Assembly (NCBI GenBank): GCA_036574205.1
Contig: JAINCQ010000037.1
Coordinates: forward strand, 19,541-83,540
DNA length: 64,000 nucleotides
Source: Elusimicrobiota bacterium
GTDB taxonomy: Bacteria > Elusimicrobiota > Elusimicrobia > Elusimicrobiales > UBA9959
Reading direction: 5' to 3'
Shown here: positions 11,001 through 16,621 of the stretch, one piece after another
How the letters are laid out: each line of letters opens with the position of its first letter
Numbering within the stretch: the first letter of the stretch is position 1
Notes under the pieces: generated by a model
Told to the model about the DNA's origin: nothing
Database searches by the model: none
What the model saw: only the letters and a program-made list of their open reading frames with translations
Position numbers and translations under genes: made by a program

Positions 11001-13996
11001 TCATCTTCTCCATCACCAAGTACTTGCCATGTAGATCCATTAAAAACCTCAACCTTATCTATTGTCCATTCGCCTCTATTTCCGCCAAAGATAAGGACCC
11101 GTCCATCATCCATTAAATGAGCGGTATGGGAATGTCTTTTATAATTTATACTTCCTGGTGAAGAAAATGTATTTGTGGCTGGATCATATATTTCATAACT
11201 TGATAAAACATCTGTTGCATTTATTCCACCAACTATTATAACTCTTCCATCTTTCATCAAAGTGGCGGTATGTTTTGTTCTTGGATTTGCCATGGAGCCA
11301 ACTGGAATAAAAATATTTGCTGTAGTTATAAAAAGCTCAGCTGAGCTCAAGTATGTTCCAGAAGAAACTCCGCCGGTTATAAGAACATTCCCATTTGGAA
11401 GGAGGGTTTGAGTGTGTCCAGCTCTTTTATAATTCATCCTGGCTGTTGGGACAAAGGTTTTAACTGAGGGATAATATATTTCTGCTGAATCAAGTGCTTG
11501 AGACTGATTGACATCTCCCTGAACTCCGCCTGTTATAAGAACAGTTCCATTTGGAAGAAGTGTGTCTCTATGATATGCTCTTGCTTCGGTCATTGTTGAG
11601 ACAATTGTCCATAAGTCAAGATATTTGTTATATTCTTCACAGATATCAAGGCTTTGTTTCCCGTCAGTTCCTCCACATACAATCACAGTCCCGTCGTTTA
11701 GAACTGTAGTTGTGTGATTAGCTCTTTTAACTTTAAGTCTTGAGAAATCCTTCCATTTATCAGATAATTGTTTAATAAGTAGGAAAGCTATGTTAGATGA
11801 ATAAAATGTCGGGTCAGTTCTAAGACAGTCATTAGCTGGATCTGATTCGCAGTTTCTTCCACCTCCTATAATTGGTGTCCCGGATTCTGATATGTTTCCA
11901 GTATGATCAAATATTGGGTATGGCTTAAGATAATCTAGAGTAAGTATTTCATCTGGATCAAAATAAAATTGATTAGTTTTTGGATTAAAGTATGTAATAT
12001 CAGAGAAAAGCATATCCCTTACAACAGCTCTTGATTCACCTGTATTTATTGTAACACCTTCACTAGGAGTATTGTAATAAATACCATCTGAAATAAAAGA
12101 AAGTTTTACTGTTAAAGAATTTATATTATTTCCGATAAGGCAGTTTTGTATTTCTGTGTTGTCTAAGGTATAATCTGTAGTATTGGATATCACTCCTGTA
12201 AGATTTGAAAATGTTGCACCTGGAAATAAAATATTTTGTCCTGAAACCGGTGCAATGGCATCTGAACTCATATCTCCTGCCGATAGTGTTAAATTGCATA
12301 AATCACTTGAAAAAGAAAGAGATTTAATAAACATTCTTCCTGTTATGTTATAGCCATTAAACATTTTTAATTCTTCAGGAAGTTGGAGCGTTGTGTTCCC
12401 AAGAGTTATACTACATCCCGCACAGTCAGAAAACTCTAAAATTTCTCCGCTTGGAATGCTCGGGGTTAAAGAGCTAAAATCAGCAGTTGAAATTTGAGGG
12501 GAATTTAAATTGGTTAATTCTAAAGGATAAAAATAAACTGTAGCGTTTACTTGTAATGGATCGGGGGAACTTTTAAGAACAAGATCAGCTTTTAATCTTC
12601 TTATTAAATTTCCATTTTCATCATAATATCCAACTGAGGCACCATCTAATTCTGCAGTAGTCTTGCCTAAGAATATATCCATATTTCCTATTTTTATTGA
12701 TGGTTTAGGTGGATTAGTAGGTGTGGGTGGTTCATAAAATATATCTCCGTTTATTATTCTTCCAGTAACTGGTCTTGAAAGTTCTAAATCTTCCTCAAAG
12801 CTTACTGTTCCAGATATTGGACCTGTTAGTATCCTTACATCAGACATATCTCCACTCATTTCCATAGATGAATAATCAAATGTTATAGGCGAGTATGAAG
12901 TCAATGAACGTGGCTGAAAGTATGTTACCGGTATATTTCCTCTTCCGCCAAATAATACGAGTATTCCATCAGGTTTTAACATGGAAAATTGATTTGAAAT
13001 TCTATATGGTAGAAGTTTATATTGATTGGCTTCTACTGGAACCCTTGCCCCATTTTTATCAAATATTTCCATAGCATCAACAAATCCCCATGTCCCATGA
13101 TTTTGTCCTTCTTGTATTTCTTGAGAATCATTATCTTTGCTTTCTATATCATAACCATTATATTCATTATAACCACCTATTATGGCAACATTGCTGTTAT
13201 TTAAAACAACAGCTGAATGATAGATTCTTGAAAAAAATAGAGGTTCTGGAGAAGGAGTAAAGCTATTCGTTATAGGGTCATATATCTCTTGAGTCGGAGT
13301 AAAAGTTGCTGGATTTCCAAGCTGGGTTATTCCACCTGACATCAATACCTTTCCATTAGAAAGAAGTGAAGCCGTGTGTCCAAACCTTGAAGATGTCATA
13401 TTTGGTCCAGATTTAAATTGAGTGGTTGATGTTATAAATATTTCACAAGAATTTGTTACAGTTCCAGCATTAGATTGTCCTCCACATATCAAGACATTTC
13501 CTGACTCAGGACCTACAGTTAAAAGCGTTGCTGTGTGCCCTGCTCTTTGCAATAACATAGTATTGACTATTGGAGAGCATGTATATGGTGGTGATGAAAG
13601 ACATATTTCAGCTGAGTTTGTTGGTGTTCCGGTTGATATTAGATTTTTTGGGAAGTTATTGGTATACGGTGAAGGTGGATTGGTTGGATAATGAAAAGAA
13701 ATTGATGTATAACCTCCTGCTACAAGAATTCTGCCATCTGGAAGCAATGTCATAGTATGATTTGTTCTTGAAGTATTTAGAGTTTTTGTCAGGAATGGTG
13801 TTCCACCTGCTGATGTTATTATAGGTGTTGAAATTTTTATTAAACATTGATTTGTAACAGTATTTATACCTGTAACCCCACCACATGTCATTGTATTTGC
13901 ATTTGGAAGAAGAACTGAAGCAGTGTTAAATTGAGAAAAAAGATTAACTGAACATAATAAGATAAACAGAAATAAAATATCCTTCATATTTTTCAT
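8015..13996 (-). CDS. Giant secreted Kelch-repeat / fibronectin-III protein with a T9SS-type (FlgD-Ig-like) C-terminal sorting domain
   Basis: 1993-aa ORF with a signal peptide. There are two blocks of Kelch-like blades (recurring R..HT.TLL.DGRVL..GG). Several FN3-like modules follow (W....GA..Y.., YYFRVKA.N..G). The last ~85 aa (VFPNPFYPN...LTIYTISGQKVY...GVYLCVIK...KLAIER; about nt 8018-8275) match the por-secretion C-terminal domain pattern. Confidence 0.75.
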   Translation of the reverse strand: MKNMKDILFLFILLCSVNLFSQFNTASVLLPNANTMTCGGVTGINTVTNQCLIKISTPIITSAGGTPFLTKTLNTSRTNHTMTLLPDGRILVAGGYTSISFHYPTNPPSPYTNNFPKNLISTGTPTNSAEICLSSPPYTCSPIVNTMLLQRAGHTATLLTVGPESGNVLICGGQSNAGTVTNSCEIFITSTTQFKSGPNMTSSRFGHTASLLSNGKVLMSGGITQLGNPATFTPTQEIYDPITNSFTPSPEPLFFSRIYHSAVVLNNSNVAIIGGYNEYNGYDIESKDNDSQEIQEGQNHGTWGFVDAMEIFDKNGARVPVEANQYKLLPYRISNQFSMLKPDGILVLFGGRGNIPVTYFQPRSLTSYSPITFDYSSMEMSGDMSDVRILTGPISGTVSFEEDLELSRPVTGRIINGDIFYEPPTPTNPPKPSIKIGNMDIFLGKTTAELDGASVGYYDENGNLIRRLKADLVLKSSPDPLQVNATVYFYPLELTNLNSPQISTADFSSLTPSIPSGEILEFSDCAGCSITLGNTTLQLPEELKMFNGYNITGRMFIKSLSFSSDLCNLTLSAGDMSSDAIAPVSGQNILFPGATFSNLTGVISNTTDYTLDNTEIQNCLIGNNINSLTVKLSFISDGIYYNTPSEGVTINTGESRAVVRDMLFSDITYFNPKTNQFYFDPDEILTLDYLKPYPIFDHTGNISESGTPIIGGGRNCESDPANDCLRTDPTFYSSNIAFLLIKQLSDKWKDFSRLKVKRANHTTTVLNDGTVIVCGGTDGKQSLDICEEYNKYLDLWTIVSTMTEARAYHRDTLLPNGTVLITGGVQGDVNQSQALDSAEIYYPSVKTFVPTARMNYKRAGHTQTLLPNGNVLITGGVSSGTYLSSAELFITTANIFIPVGSMANPRTKHTATLMKDGRVIIVGGINATDVLSSYEIYDPATNTFSSPGSINYKRHSHTAHLMDDGRVLIFGGNRGEWTIDKVEVFNGSTWQVLGDGEDDISAAEVSNHSSILLPNKRILITGGEKITSGSLIEYTAKNFITDFYYSRNEALFGDTEKLIRHSSVLLPSNYVMVTGGWTGTDYTDNVKGKYYLFDEPDIYGYDTLTTRKPHISSATLRFDRGDYITIYSSYSNLHSVSDASNSGSGGHQSDFGKPRVILRGINNEFMIDLSSQIYISTFNALNWNVTLSTIIVKTPTTPQELPYGWYYLYVCNAGICSDGYMVQASTPRPICTITNLVAEESASTTSIRWNWNLQTEGNSNGFAIFSASNVFITTVPFPSPLSAPATYYQQGLLPNTPSSIKVGCYNIGGFSDPSTFAVAVSTVYTKANPPSCTRVNYASFDTVEIEWDSNGNNPDFTPYRVDISTYPNFSEYSVALSFVNNYKDTKFTIRNLEPNNRYYFRVKARNGNGVETVYDTQNPNQNCTGVSSTFNTPVSTITVGNIVGLSGTPMTTTSIKWSWNKAGGASGYEIYEYRIGIDPNDPIFKSTIDVSVFLSSTSYPYYTQIGLSTNTAYQVKVRSYKQDAQTYGELVYGPFSISEPVYTLAAVPSPAQPNVFTYITTGSFKVSWDSNGNDADIEKGINTRYRLDISETPTFSNYTSYEVTPDSTTLPIVSEYARDLKPNRRYYARVYAINKEGRMTEEAASLGSKYTLAQEVARVYVSSVSLTGVTVNWDPQENSPETIYELRATSVSFESPFISTPIPFGSEYKDTSYTVNGLWIRTTYYFDVAARNAEGVETARIQTTTPAVTLPGPQGAPPASISGLTSPSEDTTISGNLIDNRPVVLFIPKESFTTPQPIAIAKLDSNNCGYTFGGSTITFGIYANEQPYVPITFTFDYFSSEAVNPSSPPDIHTNKSRVVLARYNPQTGQCLPVKTTINEGLRKITAELNHFSIYQLILVQPSSDLNNIKVFPNPFYPNRPGQGMITITNLPDDAKLTIYTISGQKVYETAADATGTAYWHGKNSSGQLVGSGVYLCVIKSRVGKKTIKLAIER

Positions 13997-14048
13997 CTAT
14001 ATATATAATAGCAAAATTTTATTAAAAAAATATTAAACTTTTGTAAAA

Positions 14049-14555
14049 TCATTTAACTTCTAAAATTGAGTATTTCCCATCTTTTGTTTTATTTGCTTTT
14101 GGATCTAAAACTTTATTCCCGTCAACAATAAAAAAATATCTATACTCGCCAGGATCTTTTATAAAAACTTCATACTCCCACTCTCCCGCATTTACTTTCT
14201 TCATATCTTTTTCTTTCCATCCGAAAAAACTTGCATTTATTTTTACTTTTTTAGCCTTTTTATTCTGATATTTGATTTTTATTTTTTGTGACTTTAAGGT
14301 GTGATTTTGCTTCTGAGCTTCAGGAGTTATTTGCTGATTTATTGGAGAAGTATCGGTTTTAACTTCGTTTTTTTGATCTGCTGTTTCATTTAGCTTAATT
14401 TGTTCGGCTGGTGAGTTTTTTTTAACAATTTTCGCCTCAGATATTTCAATCGTATCACCATAAAGATATACACTAACTCTATTATAAATCATTTTTCCCG
14501 AAAAAACCATCAATATTACAGTTATAATTATTTTTAAAATTAATTTATTTTTCAT
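14049..14555 (-). CDS. Secreted or anchored protein with a C-terminal CBM48/AMPK-beta-like (E-set) glycogen-binding-type domain
   Basis: 168-aa ORF with an N-terminal TM/signal segment. The C-terminal ~80 aa (VKINASFFGWKEKDMKKVNAGEWEYEVFIKDPGEYRYFFIVDGNKVLDP) fit the AMPK1_CBM pattern. A GAGG ribosome-binding site lies upstream. Confidence 0.45.
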   Translation of the reverse strand: MKNKLILKIIITVILMVFSGKMIYNRVSVYLYGDTIEISEAKIVKKNSPAEQIKLNETADQKNEVKTDTSPINQQITPEAQKQNHTLKSQKIKIKYQNKKAKKVKINASFFGWKEKDMKKVNAGEWEYEVFIKDPGEYRYFFIVDGNKVLDPKANKTKDGKYSILEVK

Positions 14556-14631
14556 ATTTACCTCGCAAGCTTATATATAGAAACTCCCCTTTGCATAAAT
14601 ATTACCTTCCGTGACGATTTAATTGCTATAT

Positions 14632-14654
14632 CCTCTCTCCTTTTTTGGAGAGGG
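14632..14654. other. Imperfect hairpin: cctctctcc / tttttt / ggagaggg
   Basis: Read directly. It has 6 perfect base pairs (ctctcc/ggagag) plus partial extension around a T6 loop. Confidence 0.5.
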
Positions 14655-14692
14655 TTAGGGGGAGGAAATTTATTTTTCACCCTCATCCTTCA

Positions 14693-14715
14693 CCTTCCCC
14701 CATCAAGGGGGAAGG
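14693..14715. other. Perfect 9-bp G/C hairpin: ccttccccc / atcaa / gggggaagg
   Basis: Read directly. On the plus strand it is followed by aattttaatat, so it could act as an intrinsic terminator for plus-strand read-through, but no plus-strand gene lies upstream. Confidence 0.5.
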
Positions 14716-14756
14716 AATTTTAATATCTCAAAAGAACTCTCTCAGAGATAAATTTT

Positions 14757-15012
14757 GCTCACCGCTCATTTTTTCTCAAACCCTTGCTCCTCGCAAAACT
14801 GTAAGCGCAAGTTTTGCTGCGGACTTTCAAGTCACGCATAACCTTGTCGGCTTGCGCGACCCCGCCTCGTTCGCCTGCATTGCCCAAAGCGAACTGCGGC
14901 CTTGCGAACAGCACGCGAAACCGTTTGAGGTTTCGCTCTAAAGGCAGTCCTCACCCGTGCAAAGCCAAACCATTGGGTTTGCTCAGAACCAGCAAGCGGG
15001 CGATGGGAATCG
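14757..15012 (-). repeat. GC-rich composite repeat unit L1 (256 nt)
   Basis: L1 shares two identical boxes with unit L2: a 19-nt box gctcaccgctcattttttc (14757-14775) and a 35-nt box tttgctcagaaccagcaagcgggcgatgggaatcg (14978-15012). The 35-nt box ends in an 18-nt copy of the tRNA-Gly 3' end. L1 contains two copies of the two-hairpin module. Confidence 0.8.
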
Positions 15013-15028
15013 GTTGCAAATAAAATTC

Positions 15029-15157
15029 GCTCACCGCTCATTTTTTCGCAACCCGCCCCTCGTCCGACTGTATAGCCAAAGTCGGACTGCGGGCTTTCGA
15101 TTCCCACGCAAAGCCTATCGGCTTTGCTCAGAACCAGCAAGCGGGCGATGGGAATCG
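15029..15157 (-). repeat. GC-rich composite repeat unit L2 (129 nt)
   Basis: L2 has the same 19-nt box (15029-15047) and 35-nt box (15123-15157) as L1, with one copy of the two-hairpin module between them. Confidence 0.8.
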
Positions 15158-15251
15158 AACCCTATGCCGCTATGGTTGCTCAAATAGAGCTTCCCAGCGG
15201 GCGATGGGAATCGAACCCTGTGCCGCTATGGTCGCTCAAATAGAGCTTCCC
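15140..15251 (-). repeat. Two tandem 56-bp units, each carrying a copy of the 3'-terminal 23 nt of tRNA-Gly
   Basis: Units 15140-15195 and 15196-15251 differ at 2 positions. Each has agcgggcgatgggaatcgaaccc (identical to tRNA positions 15252-15274) followed by a 33-nt segment ending in agagcttccc. Confidence 0.85.
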
Positions 15252-15322
15252 AGCGGGCGATGGGAATCGAACCCACGTCTAAAGCTTGGGAAGCTCTCGT
15301 TCTACCATTGAACTACGCCCGC
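15252..15322 (-). tRNA. tRNA-Gly (anticodon CCC), 71 nt, no encoded CCA
   Basis: The reverse complement reads GCGGGCG-TA-GTTC-AATGGTA-GAAC-G-AGAGC-TTCCCAA-GCTTT-AGAC-GTGGG-TTCGATT-CCCAT-CGCCCGC-T. This is a full cloverleaf, nearly identical over the 5' half to E. coli tRNA-Gly(CCC) as I remember it. The 3' flank is GGG, not CCA. Confidence 0.92.
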
Positions 15323-15327
15323 ATCTT

Positions 15328-15333
15328 ATTATA
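15328..15333 (-). promoter_or_regulatory. Candidate -10 box (TATAAT) for the tRNA-Gly transcript
   Basis: The minus strand reads ...TAGTATAATTTTATAAAGGTATAATAAGAT|GCGGGCG. A perfect TATAAT ends 5 nt before the mature tRNA 5' end. No convincing -35 box. Confidence 0.3.
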
Positions 15334-15357
15334 CCTTTATAAAATTATACTAAAAAA

Positions 15358-15903
15358 TCATCTATTTTTTATTAAACTCAAAAATTCATTTCTTATTTTT
15401 TCGTCTTTTTCAAAACAACCAAGCATTGAACTAGTTATAGCTATTGATGTTTCATTCCTTACTCCTCTTGATGTCATGCACAGATGTTGAGCCTCTATTA
15501 TAACTCCAACCCCTTTTGGTTTTATTTTCTCAAATATAGTTTTTGATATTTCAACAGTAAGCCTTTCTTGAATTTGTAGCCTTCTTGAAAAAACTTCTAC
15601 AATTCTAGGAATTTTGGAAAGGCCTATTATAACTCCATCTGGAATATATGCAACATGTGCCTTGCCAAAAAATGGAAGAAGGTGGTGTTCACAAGTCGAA
15701 TAAAATGTTATGTCTTTTACTATAACCATCTCTTTATAATCAACTTTGAAAAAAGCGCCGTTTAAAACTTTATCTATATCCTGAGAATACCCACTAAAAA
15801 TTTCACCCAATGCCTTCCTTACCCTTTCCGGGGTTTTTATAAGACCTTCCCTTTTCGGATTATCCCCTATCTTTTTAATTAGTTCTTCTATGTTTTTTTC
15901 CAT
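15358..15903 (-). CDS. folE: GTP cyclohydrolase I
   Basis: 181-aa ORF with STCEHHLLPFFGKAHVAYIP and EAQHLCMTSRG motifs. Confidence 0.9.
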   Translation of the reverse strand: MEKNIEELIKKIGDNPKREGLIKTPERVRKALGEIFSGYSQDIDKVLNGAFFKVDYKEMVIVKDITFYSTCEHHLLPFFGKAHVAYIPDGVIIGLSKIPRIVEVFSRRLQIQERLTVEISKTIFEKIKPKGVGVIIEAQHLCMTSRGVRNETSIAITSSMLGCFEKDEKIRNEFLSLIKNR

Positions 15904-15968
15904 AAAATAATTTTATCAAATTTAAGATATTATTTTAAACTTTTTTATTATTTATTTACTATTGGATT

Positions 15969-16505
15969 TTATTTTTTACCAGAGTTTGCTATGTAAAGCC
16001 ATTTTGAAGAGGCAGATACTTTATTTGAAGCCTTTAAAGCTTCGTCAAGGGATTTGTTAATTTCAATAAAATTTTTATTTAATATAATTAACTCCTTTCC
16101 TTTTGATTTTTTGTTTGAGGGAGACATCCTGTATTTTGGTGTATTTTTTTGTGAAATTAGCTTTTTTACCTTTAATAATTTTACTCTTATTTTGTTAGAA
16201 TATAGTTTCATTAATTTAAAATACTTTAAATTTTCTTTATCTACTTTTAAATCTATTAGCATAGCACGTTGTTTTAACGCTATTTTTTCCATATCATTTT
16301 TAGCACATATTAATTCTTCTGCTGATATTTTGCTATTTGGATTTGATAATATTTTATCAAGAGCATTATCTACCTTTACAAAATCAAATAAGATTGCTTC
16401 AAATTCATTATCATAAGTATTAGTTTGGATGTTTTTAGAAAAAGATGTTTTTACAAATAAGAATGTTGTGGCAGATAATATTATAATAATTTTTATAACT
16501 TTCAT
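15969..16505 (-). CDS. Hypothetical secreted helical protein
   Basis: 178-aa ORF with a signal peptide (MKVIKIIIILSATTFLFVKTSFS). Lys-rich, no motif I recognise. Confidence 0.4.
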   Translation of the reverse strand: MKVIKIIIILSATTFLFVKTSFSKNIQTNTYDNEFEAILFDFVKVDNALDKILSNPNSKISAEELICAKNDMEKIALKQRAMLIDLKVDKENLKYFKLMKLYSNKIRVKLLKVKKLISQKNTPKYRMSPSNKKSKGKELIILNKNFIEINKSLDEALKASNKVSASSKWLYIANSGKK

Positions 16506-16621
16506 AAATTACTCCTATAAATATTACTCGATTAATAAAAAAGCTTAGTGAACTCTAATTATTTTATATATCATCTTTTTTGATTATAAAAGGGGCAATG
16601 GTTTTAAGAAAAAATGGGACC

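Noticed and set aside
14645-15187. ORF-track entries inside the GC-rich island: 14645-14941 (+), 14814-15023 (+), 14832-15140 (-) and 14957-15187 (+)
   Set aside because: They overlap each other in several frames and consist of repeat and hairpin sequence. Their low-complexity Arg/Ala/Pro-rich translations include the phantom 'SPSPIKGEG' motif. None has a ribosome-binding site. Long ORFs are expected by chance in GC-rich DNA that is poor in stop codons.
14632-15251. Known housekeeping RNAs (tmRNA, RNase P RNA, SRP RNA, 6S) or integron attC sites
   Set aside because: tmRNA is excluded because the acceptor/T-arm copies are Gly-type duplicates of the neighbouring tRNA and there is no tag ORF or tmRNA 5' end. 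The GAAAG(T/C)CCGCAG motif superficially recalls the RNase P P4 sequence GGAAAGUCCGG, but it is repeated three times and the other universal RNase P elements are absent. The hairpin stems do not match the attC R'/R'' core consensus, and there are no cassettes or intI.
14995-15274. Possible CRISPR array (23-nt repeats with 33-nt spacers)
   Set aside because: The two 33-nt 'spacers' are nearly identical to each other, the repeat is simply the tRNA 3' end, the spacing of the other copies is irregular, and no cas genes are present.
14556-15357. Genomic island, prophage or integrase next to the tRNA
   Set aside because: No integrase, transposase or phage-like gene occurs on either side. The neighbours are a CBM48-like gene and folE. 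Only the short repeat scars described in the findings are present.
15260-15490. 76-aa plus-strand ORF starting inside the tRNA
   Set aside because: It overlaps tRNA-Gly and is antisense to the 3' end of folE. The translation is low-complexity and AT-rich. I consider it spurious.
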